Part shown: positions 41,656 to 50,726 of the stretch, in pieces
Position numbering within the stretch: the first letter of the stretch is position 1
How the letters are laid out: each line of letters opens with the position of its first letter
From: Nitrospinaceae bacterium
GTDB lineage: Bacteria > Nitrospinota > Nitrospinia > Nitrospinales > Nitrospinaceae
Assembly (NCBI GenBank): GCA_965237905.1
Contig: OZ250172.1
Location: 1,440,001-1,504,000, forward strand
Length of the DNA stretch: 64,000 nucleotides
Reading direction: 5' to 3'
The notes under the pieces: model-generated
Told to the model about the DNA's origin: nothing
What the model saw: only the letters and a program-made list of their open reading frames with translations
Database searches by the model: none
Position numbers and translations under genes: made by a program

Positions 41656-42480
41656 TTACTGGGGCCGGGAAAGCAAATCTGAGGGTTCGTTTTCAGGAGA
41701 TATCCCATACTCACTGCCGGGAGGAGTGGTCGGTGCGGTCATGGCTTCGTGGGCGTGGGAATGATTGTCCGCCGGGAACCCGAACTCGTCGGGGTTCACC
41801 GTGTGCAGATAGCCGTGCATTTGCATCAGGAACAGCAGAGCGCCTGCCACGATCAATCCGTTGTTGGAGACGTTGCTGATTTGCAGAAACGACGGAGTTC
41901 GGCGAAACTTGAATAACAGGGCCACCATAATACACAGAGCCCCCACCTGCCCCAGCTCGATCCCCACATTGAAGGAAAGAATCCGCCAGATCAAACCGTC
42001 GTCTCCCAGCGGGAGTTGTTGCAGGCGCGTGGACAATCCGAAACCGTGAATGAACCCGAACAGGAAAACGGCCAGCAGAAGATTCGGGGATTTTTCGAAA
42101 TACTTTCGGAAGCCTCCGGTGTTTTCGAAACCGATATAGCAAACGCTGAGCGCGATCACCGCGTCGATCAAATAATAATTGGCGGTGACGCCCATGAGTG
42201 TGGCGGAGATCAGGGTGATGCTGTGGCCCACGGTAAACGCGGTGATGTATTTGACCACATCCATAAACGTGGTCAGGAAAAACACGATGCCGAACACGAA
42301 CAGCAGGTGATCGTACCCCGTCAACATATGGGTTGCGCCCAGCCACATGTATTGCAGATAACCGCCGTCCAGCATGGCCTGCTGGTCGGCCTCCGACATG
42401 CCGTGGGCCAACGCCTGGTGCGCAACCAGCAGCAGACCGCCTGCTCCTGCCAATTTGATTAAAGTCTTCGAATTCATCAT
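41656..42480 (-). CDS. HupE/UreJ-family membrane protein (metal permease-like)
   Basis: HMLTGYDHLLF, TAFTVGHSITL, FGFIHGFG, FNVGIELGQ; His-rich tail. Confidence 0.88.
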   Translation of the reverse strand: MMNSKTLIKLAGAGGLLLVAHQALAHGMSEADQQAMLDGGYLQYMWLGATHMLTGYDHLLFVFGIVFFLTTFMDVVKYITAFTVGHSITLISATLMGVTANYYLIDAVIALSVCYIGFENTGGFRKYFEKSPNLLLAVFLFGFIHGFGLSTRLQQLPLGDDGLIWRILSFNVGIELGQVGALCIMVALLFKFRRTPSFLQISNVSNNGLIVAGALLFLMQMHGYLHTVNPDEFGFPADNHSHAHEAMTAPTTPPGSEYGISPENEPSDLLSRPQ

Positions 42481-42620
42481 GATTCAACCGTTGATGACAC
42501 TCATCTCAGTGTAAGGCCATCCAGCAGGAATGCCAGTCATTTGAAGCTTTAGGAATTGAAAGGAACTGTATTTGGGGTAATAAGGCGATGAACGAGAATT
42601 TTCACACAAAAATAGCCAAC

Positions 42621-43291
42621 TCAGCGGGCATCATGTTTTTCGAGAATATCCACGATGTCACCCAGATCTTCGTGCTCCGCGATAAACAGGGGCGTGTATC
42701 CATTTTTCTCCTCGGGGTTGGCGTTTGCGCCTTTTTCCAGAAGCACCTGAACCGTCTCGCTCTGCTTTTGAGTCACCGCCAAATGCAAGGCCGTCATCCC
42801 ACCGGTATTTTCCTTAATCTCGGGGTCCGCTTTCTGATCCAGCAGTGCGGCCACGGCAGACGCCTGCCCCGCATACGCCGCCAGGTGCAGGGCGGTTCTC
42901 CCTTCCTTGTCGCGCAAATTGATCGGCGCCCCTTTTTCAACCAACAGGGGAATCACCTGATCCGCTCCGAGAAAACCGGCAAAATGTAACGCGGACATGC
43001 CATCCTGACCGGTCTCTTCCGGGTTGGCTCCCAATGCAGTAAACACGCGGGTCAGAGGGGAATCACCTGATCCGCTCCGAGAAAACCGGCAAAATGTAAC
43101 GCGGACATGCCATCCTGACCGGTCTCTTCCGGGTTGGCTCCCAATGCAGTAAACACGCGGGTCAGAAACGGGCTGTTCTGCTGGACCCCGATTTGTAAAG
43201 TGAGGACTCCTGCTTCGGTTCCTGAAAGGGTCAACCAGAGCACAAGGTACAAGCCGATCAGAAGGGCAAAAAACTTAGCGAATTTTTTCAT
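42621..43291 (-). pseudogene. Ankyrin-repeat protein disrupted by a 110-bp tandem duplication
   Basis: GMSALHFA, GRTALHLAA, GMTALHLAV, GYTPLFIA repeats; two ORF pieces share identical peptide. Confidence 0.85.
42946..43165. repeat. Perfect 110-bp direct tandem repeat (42946-43055 / 43056-43165)
   Basis: AGGGGAATCACCTGA...CACGCGGGTCAG occurs twice back to back. Confidence 0.95.
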
Positions 43292-43494
43292 ATTAAATCC
43301 GTAGAGGAATTAGGGGCTCTGCTTTAGGCGGAAGGATACTACTGAAAAGGCCTGATCTGCAAGCCTTGTTATTGTGCCATCAATGGCACCCCTTTTCAAA
43401 TTGGAAACCGCTTTCGGAATATTTTCAGGAACCCGGTGGTCTTTATAGTGTAGGCTATAGGAATTCAAATCATCCGGTCATAAAGGAGAATCCC

Positions 43495-43785
43495 ATGTTC
43501 GTTCGTCAATTGTGGGTCCCGGGCATTTTGCTGATTTTGACTGTTGCGTTGAACGGTTGCGCGCAGTTCTCTAAAGAAGTGAAATTAGAGGATGTCGACA
43601 ATGCCGACAAGGTCCTGCAAACGGAGGAAATCCTGGCAATAGAAGACTTATCCCCGGCGATTCAGGAAACCGTGAAGGCCGAAGACATGAGTGGTGACGT
43701 CGCGGAGTGGGGCCTGGAAACCGAAGAGGAAGACGACCCCTATTTTTGGATGAGCCTTGGTTCTTCCCAGTGTTTTTTTTATTAA
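43495..43785 (+). CDS. Small acidic lipoprotein, possibly truncated
   Basis: AAGGAG RBS, lipobox LNGC, acidic body. Confidence 0.6.
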   Translation: MFVRQLWVPGILLILTVALNGCAQFSKEVKLEDVDNADKVLQTEEILAIEDLSPAIQETVKAEDMSGDVAEWGLETEEEDDPYFWMSLGSSQCFFY

Positions 43786-43854
43786 GAGCAGCGATTCCAG
43801 AATTTTTGGATTACCGTAGGTGTTTTTTGATAGCAAGTTTGAGGATATCTTGGC

Positions 43855-44256
43855 ATGGAGCTGGATGGAGTACATCACATCGGTCTTAACGTGCGCGACC
43901 TCGACCGTGCGGAGGCATTCTACACCGAAGTGTTGGGGTTCGAGGTCACCGAACGCTACGCGGAGAACATGCGCCATCTCATGCTGGCCTCCCCCGGCGA
44001 GCCGCCAGGAGCGGCAAAGGTCCACCTGTTTGAAGCCAAAGACCTGGATATACAAGACGCCCTCGCCACTCTGAGCGGACAGGGCTACGCCCACATCGCG
44101 TTCGGCACCACGCGCGAGCGATTTCCCGCCATTGTCGAAGAACTCAAAAAAAGGAAGGTCGATTTCAAAGGACCTTTGGTGATGGGCCAGGGCGAGTCCG
44201 TCCACTTCACCGACCCCGACGGCAATTCCCTTGAAATCCGCTGTCCCTCCGCCTAA
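43855..44256 (+). CDS. VOC (glyoxalase/bleomycin resistance) family protein
   Basis: HHIGLNVRDLDRAEAFYTEVLG, HIAF, FTDPDGNSLEI. Confidence 0.92.
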   Translation: MELDGVHHIGLNVRDLDRAEAFYTEVLGFEVTERYAENMRHLMLASPGEPPGAAKVHLFEAKDLDIQDALATLSGQGYAHIAFGTTRERFPAIVEELKKRKVDFKGPLVMGQGESVHFTDPDGNSLEIRCPSA

Positions 44257-44900
44257 CCAGCCGACCGCTTCCTTGCGCGATGCGCTGCCGCTTTTGCACG
44301 GTTGCCACACACAGCCATACTGCACCAGCGACGGGTATGGTTCAGACTAACGTCGTGGAACCAGAGTGTGCAAGCCGAGCCTTCACATTTCTTCACAAGT
44401 TCAAAGTCAACACGACAGACCATGTCACCCATGGCTTCTGCAATCGGCAACAACAGATCATTCCGTGAAAGCCAACGCCGTTCCTGCCTCCAGCGCAACG
44501 CCGTAATGCTTATGTCATTGTCCGGTTGCGGCAAATTGTCAGCCTCTATCTGACGGTAGTTATTATCTCCGGCCAGAAGTTGATTGAGAGTAGTCAACTC
44601 ATCCAGCGCGGTTGACTGAAGTGGGCGGCTTGCATGATTGCCGACAAAACCCCGAAACCATTCTCTTAGCTCGCGCGCTTGAGCAGCGACCGCATCGAGT
44701 TCTTCCCGCGTTGCTTCTTTACGGAACAGGGTCAACACCCACGAGGGGATCAAGGAAGAGTGCTCGAGCCAGTCGAGGTAGTCGTAACCTTCGCCGATCC
44801 ACTCAATCTCTTTTCCCCAAGGGGAAGCAATACTATTCAGGAAATCCAAGGCACGGTCATCCGCCAGGAAGAACGGTGCCGGACGTGCATTTTGGGCCAT
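44253..44900 (-). CDS. ABATE/CGNR zinc-finger domain protein
   Basis: ALDFLNS, C..SAC.LWFHD.S....RRWCSMAVCGNRAKAAAHR. Confidence 0.92.
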   Translation of the reverse strand: MAQNARPAPFFLADDRALDFLNSIASPWGKEIEWIGEGYDYLDWLEHSSLIPSWVLTLFRKEATREELDAVAAQARELREWFRGFVGNHASRPLQSTALDELTTLNQLLAGDNNYRQIEADNLPQPDNDISITALRWRQERRWLSRNDLLLPIAEAMGDMVCRVDFELVKKCEGSACTLWFHDVSLNHTRRWCSMAVCGNRAKAAAHRARKRSAG

Positions 44901-44958
44901 GATCGGTACCTCACAAATTTTCGCTTAATTTTCGTTAATCTAGTTCAAATTTAATTTA

Positions 44959-45034
44959 TAGTAACCTATAAATTAATACTTGATAAGTTACTATTTCACT
45001 AGTAACCTTTAAAATATATTTTTAACAGTTACTA
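44959..45034. promoter_or_regulatory. Two tandem inverted-repeat operators TAGTAAC-N21-GTTACTA
   Basis: Copies at 44959-44993 and 45000-45034 between the divergent CGNR and SDR genes. Confidence 0.75.
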
Positions 45035-45223
45035 TTATCAACCCGTATTTCTACTTTTATTGACGATTTGGTTTTTTGATACGGGCCATTTCGCCCTGGA
45101 AACACACCACGCGGACATTGCAGCGATCATGCGTGGCTTTCTTGCTCGGACCGTGAGCCGTTCTGCTGCAGATAAGACTTTGTTGAAGTTCAACCCATAA
45201 ACCAACTTTTAAGGAGATTCATC

Positions 45224-46090
45224 ATGACTAAAACTATTCTCATAACCGGCGCATCGACAGGCTTCGGCCGTGACACCGCAGAAACTTTGGCGAACGCGGG
45301 CCACAATGTGTTCGCCTCAATGCGCGATCCAAAAATCAAAAACCGGGACCATGCCGAGGCTCTGCAAGCCAAAGGCATAGAGGTTGTCGAGCTCGATGTG
45401 ACCGATGCCCAATCGGTTGATCGGGCAGTCGCCGCTGTAGTGGCCAAGGCGGGTCGTATCGACGTTCTCATCAATAACGCCGGTGTCGCTTCTGCTGGAG
45501 TATCCGAAGCGTTTACGGACGAACAGGCGACTGCACTTTTTGATGTCAATGTCATTGGCCTGCACCGGGTAACCCGCGCTGTGTTACCGACTCTTCGCAA
45601 TCAGAAAGACGGCCTGATTATTAATATCGGCTCTGTCGTCGGTCGTGTCACCTTTCCATTTTTCGGGCTTTATGGCGCAAGCAAGTTCGCAGTCGAGGCC
45701 TTGACGGATAGCTATCGTTACGAGGTTTCTCAGCTCGGCGTCGATGTCGCTCTGGTGCAACCCAGCGCCTATCCGACTCAGATGTACAGTAGCGCGTCCC
45801 AGCCTATCGATATGGCGCGGGTGACGGAGTACGGCAAGGTCGGGGAGATTCCCGGTGCAATGTTCCAGAATTTCACGACTATGTTCGAAGCGTCGGATGC
45901 ACCGAACCCGCACGACATTGCCGAAGCAATTTTAGGGCTGATCGACGCTCCCAAGGGGACACGGCCCGCGCGCACAGTGGTGGGTACGAGCTTCGGTGCG
46001 GACACCCTGAACGATGCGACTGCGCCGGTTCAAGCGGGCGTAGTCAAGGCGCTGGGTCTTGACCATCTTGAGAACCTAAGAACAGCTTGA
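45224..46090 (+). CDS. SDR-family oxidoreductase
   Basis: TGASTGFG, NNAG, YGASK. Confidence 0.95.
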   Translation: MTKTILITGASTGFGRDTAETLANAGHNVFASMRDPKIKNRDHAEALQAKGIEVVELDVTDAQSVDRAVAAVVAKAGRIDVLINNAGVASAGVSEAFTDEQATALFDVNVIGLHRVTRAVLPTLRNQKDGLIINIGSVVGRVTFPFFGLYGASKFAVEALTDSYRYEVSQLGVDVALVQPSAYPTQMYSSASQPIDMARVTEYGKVGEIPGAMFQNFTTMFEASDAPNPHDIAEAILGLIDAPKGTRPARTVVGTSFGADTLNDATAPVQAGVVKALGLDHLENLRTA

Positions 46091-46098
46091 TTCTACAT

Positions 46099-46129
46099 TC
46101 CGGGACGACAGATCGTCCCGGAGCTTTTT
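46099..46129 (+). terminator. Putative intrinsic terminator
   Basis: TCCGGGACGA-CAGA-TCGTCCCGGA followed by a T-run. Confidence 0.6.
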
Positions 46130-46154
46130 AACCTTAAAAATATAGGAGAAGAAA

Positions 46155-46373
46155 ATGCCACTCATACAAGTCAAAGTTTTTAAAGATGAGCTCAGTCAGG
46201 AACAATCCAGGGATTTGATCAATAAAATCACGGATGCGGTAACCGAAGTCACCAGTGAAAAATTGCGCGATGTCACTTGGGTCATCATTGATGAGGTGAA
46301 GAACGGCCACTGGGGCGTAGGTGGTAACGCGATCGGTCTCGATGATGTGAAAAACATGATGGCAACACATTAG
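46155..46373 (+). CDS. 4-oxalocrotonate tautomerase family protein
   Basis: Catalytic Pro after Met (MPLIQVK), TWVIIDEV...WGVGG. Confidence 0.9.
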   Translation: MPLIQVKVFKDELSQEQSRDLINKITDAVTEVTSEKLRDVTWVIIDEVKNGHWGVGGNAIGLDDVKNMMATH

Positions 46374-46393
46374 TGTCCTGGGAGCGCCCGGAA

Positions 46394-46428
46394 GGAAGAA
46401 TCCCCCCAACCCCCCTTTACAAGGGGGA
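46394..46428 (+). repeat. REP-like palindromic intergenic repeat, copy 2
   Basis: GGAAGAATCCCCCCAACCCCCCTTTACAAGGGGGA; a related hairpin CCCTCTCCTTACCAAGGAGGGGG follows. Confidence 0.7.
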
Positions 46429-46594
46429 GTTTTTAACCTCCCCTGTTCCCTCTCCTTACCAAGGAGGGGGATAGGATGGCCTCCCTTATTTTCCGCTTAT
46501 TCAAAAGTGAAACCACCTCCTTATTATCTTTTAACGAACCGGAATTATCCCTTATAATAAAAGTCAGGGTTCGTTTCTCTCATAAGGAGGCATT

Positions 46595-47080
46595 ATGAAG
46601 TTCCTGAAAAAGTTTTTTCATACGGACGATTCCATCACGCACCTCATCCTTCGTGTCACCTTGGGCTGCGTATTTTTCTTCCACGGCGGGCAAAAACTGA
46701 TGGGCTGGTTTGGCGGCCATGGATTCGACGGCACCATGGGATATTTTACGCAAAACCTGGGCATCCCGGCTCTGATCGCTTTTCTGGTGATTATCGGCGA
46801 ATCTTTCGGGGCATTGGGATTGATCACCGGTTTTCTGACCCGGCTGAGCGCCGCTGGCGTGGCCTGCATCATGCTGGGCGCCATTGCCATGATCCATCAG
46901 GGCAACGGGATTTTCATGAACTGGGCGGGCCAGCTAACCAACTGGGAGGACCGGGTAACTGTTGAAGGATTTGAATATCACCTGTTGGCTCTGGCGATAG
47001 CGATACCTCTCATTATATACGGCGGCGGCAAGTTTTCCGTGGATCAGATCGTCGAGAAAAAGTTCCTCAATACAGCCTGA
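46595..47080 (+). CDS. DoxX-family membrane protein
   Basis: [43 protein letters not shown]. Confidence 0.92.
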   Translation: MKFLKKFFHTDDSITHLILRVTLGCVFFFHGGQKLMGWFGGHGFDGTMGYFTQNLGIPALIAFLVIIGESFGALGLITGFLTRLSAAGVACIMLGAIAMIHQGNGIFMNWAGQLTNWEDRVTVEGFEYHLLALAIAIPLIIYGGGKFSVDQIVEKKFLNTA

Positions 47081-47107
47081 TCTTTATTTGAATGCCTAAA
47101 TTTTATA

Positions 47108-47137
47108 CCGTAAAAGGGGTGATTCCCCCTTTTACGG
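47108..47137 (+). terminator. Hairpin downstream of the doxX-family gene
   Basis: CCGTAAAAGGGG-TGATTC-CCCCTTTTACGG. Confidence 0.5.
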
Positions 47138-47443
47138 CCTGGTCTGGCCCTGAGATTTTAATTTTTTATATTTGTATGGACATTGCCCATTTATGTGCTA
47201 ATGTGGTGAATGAAAGTAGGGTTGTTAGAAGTCATTGAGTAGCGGATCATTGTGACCCATGTCTAGGGACAAGATTACAAGCGATTTTTTTTGACGGACC
47301 AGCCAACCTCTATGGTTGGTTTTTTTTTGCCTCCATCTGGCCTGCAGAAACCCTCCCAAGGACCCAACCCTTTTAAAACCGGTAAGGCACTTTCGGGAAA
47401 ATCCGGAATACGCCTTACCAATTGTCACCAATGGAGTATTTTT

Positions 47444-47644
47444 ATGTCAGTAGGTAAAGTAAAGTGGTTTAACGAAAGCAAAGGTTATGGTTTTATTGAA
47501 TCCGAAAATGGGCAGGACCTGTTCGTTCATTTCTCGGAAATTCAAGGTGAGGGTTTTAAAACCCTGCACGAGGGCCAGAACGTTGAGTTCGAAGAATCCA
47601 TGGGCCAAAAGGGTCCGCAGGCCTCGAAGGTCATACCTCAGTAA
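47444..47644 (+). CDS. Cold-shock protein (Csp family)
   Basis: From ATG 47444: [34 protein letters not shown]. Confidence 0.95.
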   Translation: MSVGKVKWFNESKGYGFIESENGQDLFVHFSEIQGEGFKTLHEGQNVEFEESMGQKGPQASKVIPQ

Positions 47645-47661
47645 CGATGGTTTAATCGTTT

Positions 47662-47694
47662 TCCGGCAGGGCAACATGCCCTGCCGGAGTTTTT
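47662..47694 (+). terminator. Intrinsic terminator after csp
   Basis: TCCGGCAGGGCA-ACA-TGCCCTGCCGGA plus T-run. Confidence 0.75.
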
Positions 47695-47739
47695 AATCAA
47701 CGATAGGTGGCGCAAGGCACCGGAAGGAGAAGAGATACC

Positions 47740-47919
47740 ATGCATGAAGTTCGGGTATACGACAGTTCGGGTGCCTTAAAAAAAGTCATTTCCGAGAAAA
47801 CCTTGAAAGCAAGAGCCGACCGGCAGATCCTTTTCCCAGGCGGCTACGCCAAAGGCAAGAAAAAAGCCAAACCTCAGACCATCCCCGATAAAAAAAGCAC
47901 ACAGGCGAAATTGGCCTGA
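47740..47919 (+). CDS. Small basic hypothetical protein
   Basis: MHEVRVYDSSGALKKVIS..., purine-rich RBS. Confidence 0.55.
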   Translation: MHEVRVYDSSGALKKVISEKTLKARADRQILFPGGYAKGKKKAKPQTIPDKKSTQAKLA

Positions 47920-47970
47920 CTCACTGTATCCAATGTCCGCGGGGATTCCCCCGCGCGGTCACCGGTCAAA

Positions 47971-48159
47971 TCAACAACATTTGGAATTTTCAGTCCCGCA
48001 GAATTCCTTGCAGGCTTTCATCAAGTCCTGAAAGGCTTGCTTCTTTTCCGGATCTTTCGGCACCACTTCAATGCGAATACCCTTCTCCGTCTCCTCGACT
48101 TTGTATTCCAGCTTGTCTTTCATGAACTCACTCGAATGAGTACAACAACAATCAAACAT
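47971..48159 (-). CDS. Small Cys-rich protein
   Basis: AAGGAG RBS; CCC at N-terminus, CxxxC and CC at C-terminus. Confidence 0.75.
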   Translation of the reverse strand: MFDCCCTHSSEFMKDKLEYKVEETEKGIRIEVVPKDPEKKQAFQDLMKACKEFCGTENSKCC

Positions 48160-48199
48160 GGCAATCTCCTTTAATTAAAGGTTGGTGATTTATCCGGAT

Positions 48200-48661
48200 T
48201 TAACTGACTGGCAAAGCGTCGAACCCTCCGGACGGGCTGTCATAAAACACTTCGTTACCATTCACGCCGTCTTCCAGCACGTCCTTGTACAGGACATCCC
48301 AAACACCGTCTTCGTTCACGTCGACTGCATAGAACAGCGGATACCGTGCGGTGATGTAATAGAATCCCTCAGCGCCGTAGTCGACCCAGAACACCGGATG
48401 ACCCGGGTTGTAGCGACCCACCATTTCGATCGGCTCGGTGGAAATGTATTTGTCCAGCACAATACGGACCGTGAAGAAATCCGGCCGTCCGTTATGGTTG
48501 AGATCATATCCAACCGTCAGCATGCCGTTTGGCTCGAGGTTCCAGCCGACCCGTGCATTCATCGCCGGCTCGGCCTGCAGCATTTCGTTCCCCGACCAGG
48601 CGGGGGAGCCGAAAGACAGTAGGGCGATTATGAGAATGATGGAGAATACGATGCGTTTCAT
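48200..48661 (-). CDS. Secreted hypothetical protein with DxNxxGxxD Ca-binding-like motifs
   Basis: AAGGAGG RBS, signal peptide, DLNHNGRPD and DVNEDGVWD. Confidence 0.75.
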   Translation of the reverse strand: MKRIVFSIILIIALLSFGSPAWSGNEMLQAEPAMNARVGWNLEPNGMLTVGYDLNHNGRPDFFTVRIVLDKYISTEPIEMVGRYNPGHPVFWVDYGAEGFYYITARYPLFYAVDVNEDGVWDVLYKDVLEDGVNGNEVFYDSPSGGFDALPVS

Positions 48662-48680
48662 GATATCCTCCTTTATTTTA

Positions 48681-48702
48681 AAGTTCGATAACTATCGAAC
48701 TT
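48681..48702. promoter_or_regulatory. Palindromic operator AAGTTCGATA-AC-TATCGAACTT
   Basis: Perfect 10-bp inverted repeat between arsR and the next gene; its reverse complement matches 49058-49077 at 18/20 positions. Confidence 0.7.
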
Positions 48703-48717
48703 CTGTGATAAATTTTT

Positions 48718-49032
48718 TTAGCTCAGGAAGCTCTTTACAGCCTCCACCGACTCCTCATTCACCTGGCACATGAAGGTTTGCCCCTGGCGCGTGCAGGTAA
48801 TGAGTCCGGCATTCTGCAACTCCTTAAAATGATGGGATATGGTGGATCGTGATAGATCCAGGCATCCGCATGCCATGGTGAATGCCTTTTCGATGCCTTC
48901 GCAGCACCCTTGCCCATCTTTTTTAGCCCGGATCTCCTCCAGCTGGCACTGACCGTAAATCAGCCGGAACAGCTCGAGCCGGTGCTCATTCGATAATGCC
49001 TTGAAAACTTTAGCCAAATTCATCGTTTTCAT
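48718..49032 (-). CDS. ArsR/SmtB-family transcriptional regulator
   Basis: FKALSNEHRLELF, LSRSTISHHFKELQNAGLI; several Cys. Confidence 0.92.
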   Translation of the reverse strand: MKTMNLAKVFKALSNEHRLELFRLIYGQCQLEEIRAKKDGQGCCEGIEKAFTMACGCLDLSRSTISHHFKELQNAGLITCTRQGQTFMCQVNEESVEAVKSFLS

Positions 49033-49057
49033 GATAAATCAACCACCTTAATTCGAT

Positions 49058-49108
49058 AGTTCTATAGTTATCTAACTATAGTATAGTACCGCCACCCCCA
49101 ATTGTCAA
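49058..49108 (-). promoter_or_regulatory. Sigma70 promoter with overlapping operator for the arsR operon
   Basis: TTGACA (49103-49108)-17 nt-TATACT (49080-49085), followed by AGTTCTATAGTTATCTAACT (49058-49077). Confidence 0.8.
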
Positions 49109-49130
49109 GGCCAGCACCGGAAAAATCCAA

Positions 49131-49832
49131 TTAACCACTTTTGGCCCGTGTGAACACCAGGAAATTCTGGCGCGGCAGGAAGTCGTGACTTTTGTCCAGC
49201 ACATACCCGGCGGCCTTAAACTCCTCAAGCAGGACCGTGCGTTTGGTGAAATGGCGGAACGCGCCTTCCCGGAAATCGAGGATCGCTATCCGTCCTTCGG
49301 GCTTGAGGTACCGAGCAGCGTTTTTGAAATAGGTGGCGCGGTCTATCAGATGATGGTACGCGTTGACCGAAAAAATGAGATCCACCTTTTCCGGAATCAA
49401 CGGATCGTGCCCCACCGCCAGAATAGTTTTCACGTTCTCCATCTGCTTGGCAACTGCCTGTTTATCAATGCTGGCGTTCATCTCTTCATCGATATCGACC
49501 GCGTAAACCTTGCCGGAGGAGCCCACCGCTTCCGCCAGTTGGAAGGTGAAGTAACCGGTGCCGGAGCCGAGATCCACTACCTTCATGCCCGGTTCCAACT
49601 TAAGAGCTTTGATCACCCGTTCGGGATACTGCCAGGTGTAGCGATCCGGCTCCTGGTAGCGAAGGTGTGTGCCCTCATCCACGCCAACGTGCTTGTGCTT
49701 GTGGCCGATCGAATGGGTGGGTGGCTCACTGAACATGCCACATCCCGCAAGCGCCAGTGCCCACAGAAACAAAACCGCCCAAACGCGGCAAGACCGATAC
49801 CTGCTTAACGAGTGCTTTCGATTAGTCATCAT
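49131..49832 (-). CDS. Class I SAM-dependent methyltransferase, lipoprotein-like N-terminus
   Basis: VVDLGSGTGYF, VYAVDI, LKPEGRIAILDF; LAGC lipobox and His-rich linker. Confidence 0.88.
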   Translation of the reverse strand: MMTNRKHSLSRYRSCRVWAVLFLWALALAGCGMFSEPPTHSIGHKHKHVGVDEGTHLRYQEPDRYTWQYPERVIKALKLEPGMKVVDLGSGTGYFTFQLAEAVGSSGKVYAVDIDEEMNASIDKQAVAKQMENVKTILAVGHDPLIPEKVDLIFSVNAYHHLIDRATYFKNAARYLKPEGRIAILDFREGAFRHFTKRTVLLEEFKAAGYVLDKSHDFLPRQNFLVFTRAKSG

Positions 49833-50415
49833 TGCATTTCCTTCATTGGTTATTGATCGGGTTCTCTTCGAAGGGTCTACTGCCTGCCATAAGGGGAAAG
49901 GGAATGGTTTGGCTCCCTTGATATAAAAGTCTCATTCACGCCCGGAAAATTTTCTCATAGAGACGGGAGGATTCAAAATCAGAAAACAGCGGTCAATTGA
50001 CGCCATAGTTTCTGGGATAGTAGGCAGGCTGTTTCAGATAATATTGTTGATGGAGGTATTCGAAATAAAATTGGACCACGCCGTTCTGGAACGTGGGGAA
50101 TGAGGTCAACCCCCCGTGGCCGAGGGCGTATCCCAGAAACATGAAATAACGGACAATGCGGTTGGGAATCATGACTCCATCCGGTAAAAAGTTTTAACCG
50201 TTTTCAATGTATACTGCCTTCTCCTTCGGGTCAAAATTATATTTCCGGGATCAGAAAAATAGGCGGTGACCCACCTCCGGGGTAGTCAAATTTTCCACCA
50301 ATTGGCACCCTTCGGTTGATAAAGTATCCATCAGATTTTACCCTCCTTTCAGGGGAAACCTGTAAATCTTCATATTTAATGGCCTTCAGCGATCCAGTAG
50401 CCAGTCCTCCCGGCG

Positions 50416-50431
50416 TGGCACGAGTTTTGCT
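50416..50431 (+). promoter_or_regulatory. Sigma54 (-24/-12) promoter
   Basis: TGGCACG-AGTT-TTGCT matches the TGGCACG-N4-TTGCW consensus, 42 nt upstream of ATG 50474. Confidence 0.75.
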
Positions 50432-50473
50432 TTATTTTTCAGTAAGTTATAAGACTAACGGGGAGATGAAAGC

Positions 50474-50704
50474 ATGGCAGACTTAAAGCTGAAACGTGAA
50501 AAAGTGGATTATAGCGACGTGAACGAGCATCTGGATCAACAATCCAAACTGTATGAGCGGAATCTGCACATCAAAAATTCGCTTCGGATGCAGGAGTTGT
50601 TGAACGCAGAGTCGTTCCGAAAATGGAAAAAGCTACGCTCCGGCGGGCAGAATCCACCGGCGGATCTGGAACCGTCGGATCAGTTTAAAAATCAACGATC
50701 CTAA
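50474..50704 (+). CDS. Small hypothetical protein
   Basis: GGGGAG RBS, upstream sigma54 motif, plausible helical sequence. Confidence 0.65.
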   Translation: MADLKLKREKVDYSDVNEHLDQQSKLYERNLHIKNSLRMQELLNAESFRKWKKLRSGGQNPPADLEPSDQFKNQRS

Positions 50705-50726
50705 GCGATGTCCAATCCGGCAAGCC

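Noticed and set aside
42481..42620. Cobalamin or nickel riboswitch upstream of the HupE/UreJ gene
   Set aside because: No B12-box or other riboswitch consensus recognised.
42946..43165. CRISPR array or transposon end
   Set aside because: Only two long contiguous copies inside a coding region, with no spacers, cas genes or transposase.
43640..43790. PepSY-like similarity and phase variation at the T-run ending the small lipoprotein
   Set aside because: The similarity is impressionistic and I found no convincing downstream frame to join.
47225..47443. cspA-type thermosensor 5' UTR, or the longer 117-aa Csp ORF
   Set aside because: A long leader is plausible, but no defined motif could be supported; the Csp domain starts at ATG 47444.
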